A stretch of 64,000 nucleotides of DNA from contig JANRJD010000032.1 of NCBI GenBank assembly GCA_033764195.1, positions 362,262 to 426,261 of the forward strand, read 5' to 3'. Numbering within the stretch: the first letter of the stretch is position 1; each line of letters starts with the position of its first letter. The DNA is from Phycisphaerae bacterium (GTDB taxonomy: Bacteria; Planctomycetota; Phycisphaerae; UBA1845; Fen-1342). Positions 51,289 to 60,451 of this stretch are shown piece by piece. A program made the translations under genes and the position numbers. The notes below the pieces were generated by a model. The model ran no database searches and was not told the origin of the DNA. It was given only the letters and a program-made list of their open reading frames with translations.

Positions 51289-52157
51289 GCGCCGGCCTTG
51301 CTGTAGTCGTAAAAGCCCTTGCCGCTCTTGCGCCCCAGAAGCCCCGCCCGCACCATCGTCCGCAGCAGCGGCGTCGGCCGGTAGCGGCTGTCGCCCAGGT
51401 CGCGATGCAGCACTTCCATGATGAACAAACACGTATCCAGCCCGATCAAATCCGCCAATGCCAGCGGCCCCATCGGATGATTCATCCCCAGCTTCATCAC
51501 GCCGTCGATCGTCTCCGCGTCCGCCACGCCATCGGCGAAGCAGCAGACCGCCTCGTTGATCATCGGCATCAAAATGCGATTGCTGACGAACCCCGGATGA
51601 TCCTTGACCCGCAGCGGCGTCTTGCCGATCTCCTTCGAGAGATTGACGATCAGATCGGTCACCGCCGGATCGGTCCGCAAGCCCGACACCACCTCGACCA
51701 GTGCCATCAGGGGCACCGGATTGAAGAAGTGCATGCCGATGAACAGCTCCGGCCGCCCGCTCACCGCGCCGAGCTGGCTGATCGAGATGCTGCTCGTATT
51801 GCTGGCGAAAATCACATCTTTGGGCACATTCTCGCCCAGATGCCGCCAGACCGATTGCTTCGTAGCCGGGTCTTCGGTGATCGCCTCAACCACGAGGTCG
51901 CACTTCTCGACATCCTCGAGCGTCCCCGGCCGCAGCCCCGCCTTGGCCTTGTCGGCGACGGCCGCGTCGAGCTTGCCCTTGCTGACAAACTTGCCCAGCG
52001 AATCGCCGATCGACTTCACCGCGCGGTCGGTCGCGCCGGGCTGACTGTCATAAAGCACCACCGCGCGGCCGCTGGTCGCAAACGTCTGCGCAATGCCGCT
52101 GCCCATCTGCCCCGTGCCAAGCACGGCGACTGTCTTGATCGTGCTGCGAAAGCTCAT
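51285..52157 (-). CDS. hbd: 3-hydroxyacyl-CoA / 3-hydroxybutyryl-CoA dehydrogenase
   Basis: [17 protein letters not shown] Rossmann motif, the NTSSISI signature and the C-terminal dimerisation domain. Start set at MSFRSTIK within the longer track ORF. Confidence 0.85.
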   Translation of the reverse strand: MSFRSTIKTVAVLGTGQMGSGIAQTFATSGRAVVLYDSQPGATDRAVKSIGDSLGKFVSKGKLDAAVADKAKAGLRPGTLEDVEKCDLVVEAITEDPATKQSVWRHLGENVPKDVIFASNTSSISISQLGAVSGRPELFIGMHFFNPVPLMALVEVVSGLRTDPAVTDLIVNLSKEIGKTPLRVKDHPGFVSNRILMPMINEAVCCFADGVADAETIDGVMKLGMNHPMGPLALADLIGLDTCLFIMEVLHRDLGDSRYRPTPLLRTMVRAGLLGRKSGKGFYDYSKAGA

Positions 52158-52429
52158 GCGATCCTCACTCCGAAAACCGAGACGAAAACGATCCCCGAGC
52201 GGGGATCGTAGGTCCGTCGGGTAGCACGGACAACGGTAACAATCGTGACCGTGAATGGAACGGATAACGGTACTCCGTTGTCCGTGTCTTGGGGCGGGGG
52301 CGCACGGCTCGGCAAGTGAAAACACGGACAAAGTCCGTGCCACCCGACGTTGCGCCGCGCCGCCAAGTCGCGGAGCCCGTGTGCCGCGCTTCTGTCTTTG
52401 TCTTCAATTCGCGCTTCGCGATTCGCCAT

Positions 52430-54010
52430 CTATTCAAACAGCCGGCCCTGGCGCGGGTCGTCCGCCGTGCTGCGGATTTCGCCGTCGGCGAGTTGGGTGA
52501 GCAGTCGCTGGCCGCGCTTTACGTCCTTCGCGCTGCGGATGACGTCGCGCGTCGCCGCGTCGCGGACGACGGCGTAGCCGCGGCGGAGGAGGGTTTGGTG
52601 TTCGCCGGCGCGGAGGGCGGCGAGGGCCGTGTCGAGCGTCGCCCGGCGGGCGGCCAGCAGCGACATCCAGATCGAGTGCATGCGTTGCGAGCGCTGCGCC
52701 AGGCGCTCGTCGAGCCGGGCCCACTGTTGCGATGGGCTGTCGCGCTCGACGCTCGCTGTGGCGCGGTCGAGGCGCTTGCGGAGCCAGGACAAGCGCGATG
52801 CGACGCTCGCGCCGGCGCGTTCGCGCAGGCGGTCGAGCCTGGCGGCGGCGCGCTCGATGTGCTGCCCCGCGGCGACCTGTGCCAGCGTCTGCGCGGCGCG
52901 GTCGAGTTTGCGCTCGATCGCGCGGCGGCGATCGGCCCAGGCCTCGCGGAGAAATCGGGTTTGATCGTCGATCCACTGCGCCCGCTCGCGCAGACGCCGC
53001 TCGGGGCGAGCGAGCGACTCGCGCGCGGTTCGCCGCTCCAGCGCCGCGCGGCCGCGCTCCACGCCGTCGAGCGCGAAGCGCCGCGCCCGGCGCTGCGCGA
53101 GGTCAACCCGCTCACGCAGCGCAAACTGATCGGGCGAGACCATCTCGGCGGCGGCGGTGGGGGTCGCAGCGCGGACGTCGGCGACGAGGTCGGCGATGGT
53201 CACGTCGATCTCGTGTCCCACGGCGCTGATCACGGGTAAGCGGCTTGCGGCGATGGCGCGGGCGACCGCCTCGTTGTTAAACGCGGAGAGGTCTTCGCTC
53301 GATCCGCCGCCGCGGCCGACGATGAGCACATCCAGACCATCGCCGTGCTCGGACCAGCGCTGCGCGAGTGCGATGGCGGCGACGATCTCGGCCGCGGCCC
53401 CATCTCCCTGCACGCGGGCGGGAAAGAGGTCGACCGTGAGCGCGGGATAGCGCCGCGAAATCGTGCGGACGATGTCCTGAAAGGCGGCGCCGGTCGCACT
53501 GGTGACGACGCCGACGCGCTCGGGCACCAGCGGCAGGGGGCGCTTGCGGCCCCCGTCGAACAGCCCCTCGCGGGAGAGCTTCTCCTTGAGTTGGCGCAGG
53601 GCCAACTCCGCCGCGCCGGCCCCGACCGGCTCGATGCGGCGAGCGATCAGTTGATAAGACCCGCGCGGCGAATAGACCTCGATGCTGCCGGTGGCGACGA
53701 CGCGCAGCCCCTCTTGCAGGGGGAACTTGAGGCTCGCGGCACTGCTGCGCCACATGACGCAGCGCAGCTCGCTCTCGCTGTCCTTCAGCGTCATGTAGAT
53801 ATGACCGCTGGCGGGGCGCGAATAATCGGCGATTTCGCCGACGACGTGCAGCGTCGCGGGCAGGTGGCGCGCGATCGCGCCGCTAATGAGCTCGTTGACT
53901 TCGCGAACGGTGAGATTGCGATCGGCCGCGCCGCCCGCGCCCGACGCACGCGCCAATTCGGCATCGGGCACTTTCACGCGGCTGGGATCGAAGGGTTGTC
54001 GCTTCGCCAT
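52430..54010 (-). CDS. xseA: Exodeoxyribonuclease VII large subunit
   Basis: N-terminal OB-fold region (LTVREVNELISGAI...HVVGEIADYSRPASGHIYMTLKD) and the catalytic region VGVVTSATGAAFQDI...GRGGGSSEDLSAFN. Confidence 0.9.
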   Translation of the reverse strand: MAKRQPFDPSRVKVPDAELARASGAGGAADRNLTVREVNELISGAIARHLPATLHVVGEIADYSRPASGHIYMTLKDSESELRCVMWRSSAASLKFPLQEGLRVVATGSIEVYSPRGSYQLIARRIEPVGAGAAELALRQLKEKLSREGLFDGGRKRPLPLVPERVGVVTSATGAAFQDIVRTISRRYPALTVDLFPARVQGDGAAAEIVAAIALAQRWSEHGDGLDVLIVGRGGGSSEDLSAFNNEAVARAIAASRLPVISAVGHEIDVTIADLVADVRAATPTAAAEMVSPDQFALRERVDLAQRRARRFALDGVERGRAALERRTARESLARPERRLRERAQWIDDQTRFLREAWADRRRAIERKLDRAAQTLAQVAAGQHIERAAARLDRLRERAGASVASRLSWLRKRLDRATASVERDSPSQQWARLDERLAQRSQRMHSIWMSLLAARRATLDTALAALRAGEHQTLLRRGYAVVRDAATRDVIRSAKDVKRGQRLLTQLADGEIRSTADDPRQGRLFE

Positions 54011-54013
54011 GGC

Positions 54014-55474
54014 TTATGCCCGCGCGCGTTCGGCCGCCTCTGCCTGGGCCTCCAGCGCCGCGAGGCGCGGCCCTTCCGCCTGTTGGACGACGAGGCAACC
54101 GACGGCATCGCCTAGTACGTTGGTCGGCGTGCGGAAGAGATCGAGAAACGCATCCACCGGGAGGATGATCGCGATGTAGTGGGCCGGCACGCCGACCGCC
54201 GCCGCGACCATCGCCATCGTCACCAATCCTGCGCTCGGCACTGCCGCCGCCCCGACCGCCGCGAGAACCGCCGTCAGGAAGATCAAACCGCCGTTGACCC
54301 ATGTGAGCGTGACGGGCACATCGTGCAGGCCGCTCAATAGCTGGATCATGAAGGCGACCGCGACACCTTCGTAAAGCGCGGTGCCGTTCATGTTGATCGT
54401 CGTGCCCAGCGGCAGGGCGAAGTTGGCGATTTTGGGGGAAACGCCGAGATTTTCGGTGCAATTGGCGATGTTCACGGGTAGCGAGGCCATGCCCGAGCGC
54501 GTACTGATCGCGGTCAGCAGCGTCTCGCGAAAGCCGAAGAAGAGCTTGGCCGGCGAGGTCGCGCCCCAGACCCAGGCGATCGCGAGGAGCACAATGCAGT
54601 GCAGCGCGAGGCCCAGCAACACCGTGCCGCAATACCAACCGAGCGAACGAAAGACGTCGGGGCCGCTCTCGGCGACGAACTTGGCCATGATGCACATGAC
54701 CGCGATCGGCGCGACGCGCATCAGCCAGCGCGTGATTTTCATCACGGCGACATTCAGCCCTTCGAAGAATGAGGCCGCCGGGCGACCGCTCGGGCCGCTC
54801 GCGACCAGCGCGATGCCGAGCAGGGCGGAGAAGAAGATGATGCCCAGGGAATTCATCGAGACGAGCGACTGGAAGGGGTTCATGAGCAGTGGTTCGATCA
54901 CCGTCGCTTTGAGCGCCTCGAGCGGAGTCTGCTTGCCGGCCGCGGCGATGCGTTCGAACTTGGCGCGATCGAGCGAGGCGGCTTGTTCTCCGCGAGCGGC
55001 CGCCAGCCGCATCAGATATTCGACCTTCGGCTTGCCCGCCGCGTCGAGCGCCGCCCCGCCGCTATCGGCCTCGAAGGCGGCCTGAATCTCGGCCTGCCGC
55101 TTCTCATAGGACTCGCGCAACGCCAACGACCCGGCGGAACGGCCGGGCTGAATGACGCTGACGAGGATCAGGCCCAGCAGGGCGGCGAGAGAAGTGGTGA
55201 TGGCGTAGTAGATGAGCGACTTGCGGCCGATCGCGCCGAGTTCGTGCAGGTCTGGCAGACTCGTGATGCCGCTGACAATGCTTGCCAAAATCAGCGGCGC
55301 GACCAGCATTTTCAGCAGGCCAATGAAGAGCACCGGACCAAAAAGGTCGAGCCACCAGACGGCGCCGCGAAAGAGCGTCGCGTCGACACCGGGCTGCGGG
55401 CGGTATTGCCAGAGCAGCAGACCCCCAACGACACCCAGAAGCATGCCGAGGAAGATTTGATTGTGGGCCTTCAA
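54014..55474 (-). CDS. Dicarboxylate/amino acid:cation symporter (DAACS, GltP-like)
   Basis: Multi-TM protein with the conserved DAACS segments GTALYEGVAVAFMIQ and PVDAFLDLFRTPTNVLGDAVG. Confidence 0.85.
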   Translation of the reverse strand: MKAHNQIFLGMLLGVVGGLLLWQYRPQPGVDATLFRGAVWWLDLFGPVLFIGLLKMLVAPLILASIVSGITSLPDLHELGAIGRKSLIYYAITTSLAALLGLILVSVIQPGRSAGSLALRESYEKRQAEIQAAFEADSGGAALDAAGKPKVEYLMRLAAARGEQAASLDRAKFERIAAAGKQTPLEALKATVIEPLLMNPFQSLVSMNSLGIIFFSALLGIALVASGPSGRPAASFFEGLNVAVMKITRWLMRVAPIAVMCIMAKFVAESGPDVFRSLGWYCGTVLLGLALHCIVLLAIAWVWGATSPAKLFFGFRETLLTAISTRSGMASLPVNIANCTENLGVSPKIANFALPLGTTINMNGTALYEGVAVAFMIQLLSGLHDVPVTLTWVNGGLIFLTAVLAAVGAAAVPSAGLVTMAMVAAAVGVPAHYIAIILPVDAFLDLFRTPTNVLGDAVGCLVVQQAEGPRLAALEAQAEAAERARA

Positions 55475-55530
55475 CGGATGCTCCGCGGCGACATGCGAGG
55501 TAGGGGGGCTATCAGCAGGATTTGGAACCG

Positions 55531-55548
55531 CGCAGGCCGAAGCCTGCG
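55531..55548. repeat. REP-like hairpin CGCAGGC-cgaa-GCCTGCG (third member of the CGCAGGCY...GCCTGCG family)
   Basis: Intergenic, between the symporter start and the VOC gene end. Confidence 0.4.
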
Positions 55549-55569
55549 GCGGTTTGAATCAATCTGAAA

Positions 55570-55998
55570 TCAATGGTCGTGGTCGTGAGCTTCTTCTTCG
55601 AGGATTTCGAACAGCTCGAACGAGTTGCCGTCCGGGTCTTCGACCGTGACGGTGCGCAGCCCCTCGTAAGTCTCGATCTCGTCGACCTGTGTGCCGCCGT
55701 GCTCCAACAGGCGGACGAGCGTCTGGTCGAATGTGGTCGTCGCGATGTCAAAGCGAATCGTCGGCCGCGCCCCGAGCGGCGGGCGCTCGTCCTGTTCCCA
55801 GGCGCCGGTCGGGCCAAAGAGCCGTAGCGCGGAGCCGCCATCCGGAAAGTCGAGTTGCGCGTAAGCGCTATTCTCGGTCATTTCCTTCTCGGCTACCTCC
55901 AATCCGAGTCCGTCGGACCAGAACCGCAGTGCCGCCACGAAATCACTGACGTAAACGTGAACATCGCCGATGAACAGCATGGAACTCGCCTTTTGCAA
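55570..55998 (-). CDS. VOC-family (glyoxalase/bleomycin-resistance fold) protein with His-rich tail
   Basis: Paired beta-alpha-beta-beta-beta modules, with metal-ligand-like H/E positions and a C-terminal HDHDH. Confidence 0.65.
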   Translation of the reverse strand: MQKASSMLFIGDVHVYVSDFVAALRFWSDGLGLEVAEKEMTENSAYAQLDFPDGGSALRLFGPTGAWEQDERPPLGARPTIRFDIATTTFDQTLVRLLEHGGTQVDEIETYEGLRTVTVEDPDGNSFELFEILEEEAHDHDH

Positions 55999-56137
55999 GG
56001 TCGCACCGGCGGAAGGCGGCGGCGAAACATCGCCTGCCGCAACCGGCGCAGCGTCATTGGACGCGGCGCGTCGGAGTGTGTCAAACCAAGGGCGTCGTTC
56101 GGCCCGTTGCCCCTGGCGACCCGCGGGGCGCGCGTCG

Positions 56138-59100
56138 CTACGGCGTGCGCGGGCGTGTGTGCTGATCGGCCCAGGCGCGCCAGGCGGCCGCGCCCTTTGG
56201 ATCGTGCTCGTCGAGCCGCAGCCGCTTCAATTGGGCGTCGACCTGGCCGGCGATATGTCGGTCGTAATAGTTGAGGTCCCACAGTCGCAGCGTGCCATCG
56301 AGCGAGACCGACGCCAGCAGCGACGTCCGCGGCACAAAGCGCAGCTTCATGATCGCGCCGCCGTGGCCTTCGAGCGTGGCGAGTCGGCGGCGCGTCGGCA
56401 GATGCCAGAGTTGAATCACGCCGCCCGCGTCCCCGGTGGAGAAATACTCGCCGTCCGCCCGCACATCGAGTGCGTAGATGTCCTGCTTGTGGCCGGAAAG
56501 CGTCTGCAGCGGCTCCAGCGTCTCCGCATTCCAGATGCCGACGGTGCGGTCGGTTGCAGTGACGATCAGCAGCCGCCCGTCGGGCGAGAAGCGGATGGCT
56601 CGCAGGGGCGACGGCGCGACGCGCTCCTCGGCGGCGCCATCGGTCAGGCTCCAGACGTGCAGCTTGCCGACGCGCGAGCCGCCGGCGACCCGCCCGCCGC
56701 GCGGATCAAAACTGAGTTGCGGCACGCGGGATTGCGCCCCCGTGAGTTCGAGCGCGAGCTTGCCGTCGGCGACGTTCCAGACCCGAATGACGTAGTCCGC
56801 CGCGCAGGTACCGAGGGCGGTTCCGTCGCTGCTGAAGCTCACGTGCGTCACCTGATGCGCGTGAGCCAGCCGTCGCAGCGGCTCGGCCAACTGGTCGGCG
56901 GCCCAGATGAGCGCGTAGTCGCCGGTAGCGGCGGCGACGAACTTGCCATCGGGCGAGACCGCGATGCTGAAAATGGTGGCGTCGTCACCGCCAAAGTCTT
57001 CGTGCACGCCGCGAGCGAGGTCGTAGCGATGGAGCTTGCCGCTCTGGCCGGAGGCGACCAGCCACGCGCCATCAGGACTGACGTCGACGCTGTGCAGCGG
57101 CTCGCCGTCGAAGCGCACGATGCGAACGCCGGCGTCGGCCGGCATCTCCCACAATCGAATCTCACTCGAGGAGGCGGTCCAAAGCGCGCCGTCGTCTCGC
57201 GTGAAGCCGACGCAGCGGATGCGATCATCGTGAGCCACAAACTCGTTTCGGCAGGCGCCTGTGGCCGTGTCAAATACGCGCACCGTGCCCGACATGTCGC
57301 CGATCGCGAGCAGCCGATCGTCGCCGCTCAGCGCCAGGTGTCTGTGAAGGCCGGGGCGCACGCTCAGCTCAACGACGCCCGTCGGGCGCGAATCTTCGAT
57401 GGTCCACACCCGTCCGGGCGATTGAAACCAGCCGTCGGCGAGCAGCCGATCGTCGCGAGAAAAGAGCAATTGTCCGCCGCGATTGGGCGTGCCCGCCGGC
57501 GCGGACGCCGCGGCCGATCGCCCCAGCAGTTCGCGCGTCTCGATGTCCCAGATGTAGATCGCGCCGGCGCTGTCGCGCCCGGCGAGCAGCCGCTCGTCGC
57601 TGGTGATGGCGGTAGAAACGAGCTCCTCCCCCGCGACGCGAAAACGTGCGAACTCGGCGCCGGTGGCGGCGCTCCAAACAAAGATGCGGCCATCGGCGGG
57701 CGCCGCGATCCAGCGGCCGCCGGTGGAGATCGTCGCCACGTCGTAGTCGGTGTTGCGGATGCCGGCAGCGGTCAAGACGATCGGCGGCTGATCAACGCTG
57801 GTCAGATAGTGCAACTCGTCCTTGCCCAGCAGCAGCACGGCGACGCCATCGGGATGGATCACGGGCGTGGCATCCCGCGGAAGCTCGGGGAGCGCGACGC
57901 GGCGAACCACGTCGCCGCTTTCGTCGATGCGTTGTAGACCATGCCCCGGCGCGTACCACCACACTCCATCGCCAGCGGTGGCGACGCGGGCCAGACCGAA
58001 TTTGCTACCCAACGGCACAATGGTGCGCAGGCAGGGACGCCGCCGATAGGCCTCCCACAGCGCCCAGCGCGGCTCCGGCGGGCCCGGTGGGGGGGATGCA
58101 ACGAGCGGATCGGTGGCCTGCGTGCGCCGCGCCAGCAGGAGCTCGCGCCACAGCAGATCCTCCGCGGTTTGCAGATTGCCGAGCATTGCCGCCATGCGGC
58201 CCTGCTCGATATTGCCCGCGGCGAGCGACTCGGCCAGCGACGCGGCCGATTGCACCGCCGCCTGCTCCAGCCGCACCGATTGGCGATAGAGCAGGGCCAT
58301 CACGATCGATGAACCGATGAGCAGGCCCAAGAACATGCCCGCCGCGATGAAGCGCAGCCGATAGCGCCGCAGCGCCTTGCGAAGCATGTACATCGCGCTG
58401 TCGCGCTTTGCCTCGATCGGCTCGCCGGCCAGGTAATGGCGCAGGTCACGGGCGAGATCGCCGGCGCTTTGATAGCGGCGCTCGCGATCTTTCGAGAGGC
58501 ACTTCAGCACGATCGTGTCGAGCTCGTCGTCGAGGTGCTCGATGCGGCTGACGCTGCCGGAGCGAAGACTGCTCGGGCGAACCGGATCTTTGAAGAGGAT
58601 TTTGTCGAGTGCCTCGCGCAGGTTGCTGCCCATGTCGAAAGGCAGTTGCCCCGTGAGGAGCTGATAGAGCATTGCGCCGAGCGAATAGACGTCGGTGCGC
58701 AGATCGATCTTCGCCGCGCCGCCTTCGACCTGTTCCGGCGAAGCCCAGGGCAACGATCCGACGAACTGTCCGGTGCGCGTCATCGCCGATTCATCGGTGC
58801 CGGCGTCGGTCTTTGCCAGGCCGAAATCGAGCACAAACGGCACGCCCGAGCGGTCCACGCGGACGTTGCTCGGCTTCAGATCGCGGTGAATCACGCCGCG
58901 CAGGTGAGCGGCATGGACCGCTTCGCAAACCGTCACCATCAGTTGAAGCGTGGTCGCCGCGACGGGCGACAAGCCGCGCCGAATCGGGCGAGTCGCGGCG
59001 TCGGGCTTGCTCTCGTCGCTCGGAGCGGCCGCGAGATCGGCATAGCGCGAGCGGCCTTCGGCGTCGAGCGACGCGATGTAGGCGTCGAGCGGCAGGCCGT

Positions 59101-59572
59101 CGACATAGTTCATCACGAAGTAGTGCACCCCGGCGACAGCGCCGGCGTCGTGAACGGCGATGATGTTGGGGTGGTCGAGGCGAGCCAGGGTCTCGATTTC
59201 GCGCTCGAAACGCGAGCGATCGGCGAGCGTCGCGAACGGCCCTTGCTTCATCACCTTGATGGCGACGTCGCGCTTGGTGGAAAGCTGGCGCGCCTGATAG
59301 ACGACGCCTTGCCCGCCGCGATGGGTCTCGCCCAACAGTTCATATCCGGGCACGGCGATCGTGCTGTCGCCATCGAGCGGGGCGGGAGCGGTCAGGCGCC
59401 CGTGAACCAGAAAGTCCGCCAGGAATTCGTTGTTCTCGCGGATTCGGGTCAGGGCGTTTGTGCAAAGCGGGCAGTCGGCGATGTGAGCGCGCACCGGCGC
59501 GTCGACCGCCTCGCCGGCGGCGAAGCGCTCGAGCTGCTCCATGGGTGGGCAAGCCACGCCGGTTTCCGCCAT
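56138..59572 (-). CDS. Ser/Thr protein kinase with N-terminal zinc-finger (anti-sigma-like), TM segment and C-terminal WD40 beta-propeller repeats
   Basis: N-terminus has CPPMEQLERF...HIADCPLC. Kinase motifs are GQGVVYQA, HRDLKPSN and DFGLAK. There are many WD-type repeats, for example IRLWEM, IRVWNV, IQLWHL and LRLWDL. Confidence 0.85.
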   Translation of the reverse strand: MAETGVACPPMEQLERFAAGEAVDAPVRAHIADCPLCTNALTRIRENNEFLADFLVHGRLTAPAPLDGDSTIAVPGYELLGETHRGGQGVVYQARQLSTKRDVAIKVMKQGPFATLADRSRFEREIETLARLDHPNIIAVHDAGAVAGVHYFVMNYVDGLPLDAYIASLDAEGRSRYADLAAAPSDESKPDAATRPIRRGLSPVAATTLQLMVTVCEAVHAAHLRGVIHRDLKPSNVRVDRSGVPFVLDFGLAKTDAGTDESAMTRTGQFVGSLPWASPEQVEGGAAKIDLRTDVYSLGAMLYQLLTGQLPFDMGSNLREALDKILFKDPVRPSSLRSGSVSRIEHLDDELDTIVLKCLSKDRERRYQSAGDLARDLRHYLAGEPIEAKRDSAMYMLRKALRRYRLRFIAAGMFLGLLIGSSIVMALLYRQSVRLEQAAVQSAASLAESLAAGNIEQGRMAAMLGNLQTAEDLLWRELLLARRTQATDPLVASPPPGPPEPRWALWEAYRRRPCLRTIVPLGSKFGLARVATAGDGVWWYAPGHGLQRIDESGDVVRRVALPELPRDATPVIHPDGVAVLLLGKDELHYLTSVDQPPIVLTAAGIRNTDYDVATISTGGRWIAAPADGRIFVWSAATGAEFARFRVAGEELVSTAITSDERLLAGRDSAGAIYIWDIETRELLGRSAAASAPAGTPNRGGQLLFSRDDRLLADGWFQSPGRVWTIEDSRPTGVVELSVRPGLHRHLALSGDDRLLAIGDMSGTVRVFDTATGACRNEFVAHDDRIRCVGFTRDDGALWTASSSEIRLWEMPADAGVRIVRFDGEPLHSVDVSPDGAWLVASGQSGKLHRYDLARGVHEDFGGDDATIFSIAVSPDGKFVAAATGDYALIWAADQLAEPLRRLAHAHQVTHVSFSSDGTALGTCAADYVIRVWNVADGKLALELTGAQSRVPQLSFDPRGGRVAGGSRVGKLHVWSLTDGAAEERVAPSPLRAIRFSPDGRLLIVTATDRTVGIWNAETLEPLQTLSGHKQDIYALDVRADGEYFSTGDAGGVIQLWHLPTRRRLATLEGHGGAIMKLRFVPRTSLLASVSLDGTLRLWDLNYYDRHIAGQVDAQLKRLRLDEHDPKGAAAWRAWADQHTRPRTP

Positions 59573-60181
59573 CTATGACTCGCCGCCGGGACCCTCTTCA
59601 AAACGCTTCACGATCTCGCGCAGCCGTTCGACCACGCGATTCTTCGCGTTGTAGATTTCCTGTGGCGAAAGTCCCAGATCGGCCGAAACGCGGTCGATTG
59701 GCTCGCGGTGCAGCACGGCCCGCTCAAAAGCCTCGATCGTGCGTTCCTCAAAGCGCGAGCTGCGTTTGAGCTCGGCGATGGCCTGATGAAACATGACGCG
59801 GCGCTGCTCGGCTTCCCAAGCGGCCTCGATATCGATCGAATCGGACATGTCCTGAATGGCCGACTCACCGCGGGCTTCGCGGCGGCGAACCTCGACGCGG
59901 CGCAGGTCGGCGAGGCGACAGCGGGCGATGCCGATCAGCCAGGTGCGCAGGCGGCCCTGCTCCCGGTCGTATTTGCCGGAGCGGTAGTCCTTCACGAAGC
60001 AGGCGAGGGTGTCCTGGGCCACGTCGGCGGCGTCGGTCTCGTTCAGCCCCATATGCCGCAGGAAGCCGAAGAGGATGGGCCGATAACGGCGGTCGAATTC
60101 GTCCCAAGCCCACGAGCCGCCGGACTGGTGCAGCCCCTGAAGCAGTTCAGTTGTTGTATTAGTGAGTCCGGTTGCGTTCAT
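59573..60181 (-). CDS. ECF-type RNA polymerase sigma-70 factor
   Basis: Region 2 (DVAQDTLACFVKDY) and region 4 are present. The TAG stop abuts the ATG of the kinase (TAGATG). Confidence 0.85.
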   Translation of the reverse strand: MNATGLTNTTTELLQGLHQSGGSWAWDEFDRRYRPILFGFLRHMGLNETDAADVAQDTLACFVKDYRSGKYDREQGRLRTWLIGIARCRLADLRRVEVRRREARGESAIQDMSDSIDIEAAWEAEQRRVMFHQAIAELKRSSRFEERTIEAFERAVLHREPIDRVSADLGLSPQEIYNAKNRVVERLREIVKRFEEGPGGES

Positions 60182-60451
60182 GGCTCGCCAAAGGGGGTTA
60201 CACGGTCATCCTAGCTCGCGGGGGAGGCCGCTCCAAGCGAAATGGAAGTCGGGCGAGCGGCCCGCGCGGCCGGCGGCGGTGAGATTTTCTTTTTTTTCGC
60301 TCCCGAACCTGGAGATTTCGCCAGTCCCCGCGGATGCACCTAGACCGCACGCACCGATTCCGTACCGATTATCGGGACGGCGCGTGGCTCCCCATCGGGA
60401 TTCGCCGTGCTGGCCGATCGAACACGATCGCCCGAAAAAAGCGAGAACCAT

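Noticed and set aside
55970-57937. 655-aa plus-strand ORF (and 58436..59578, 380 aa)
   Set aside because: Antisense to the WD40 Ser/Thr kinase gene. Low-complexity R/A/G composition.
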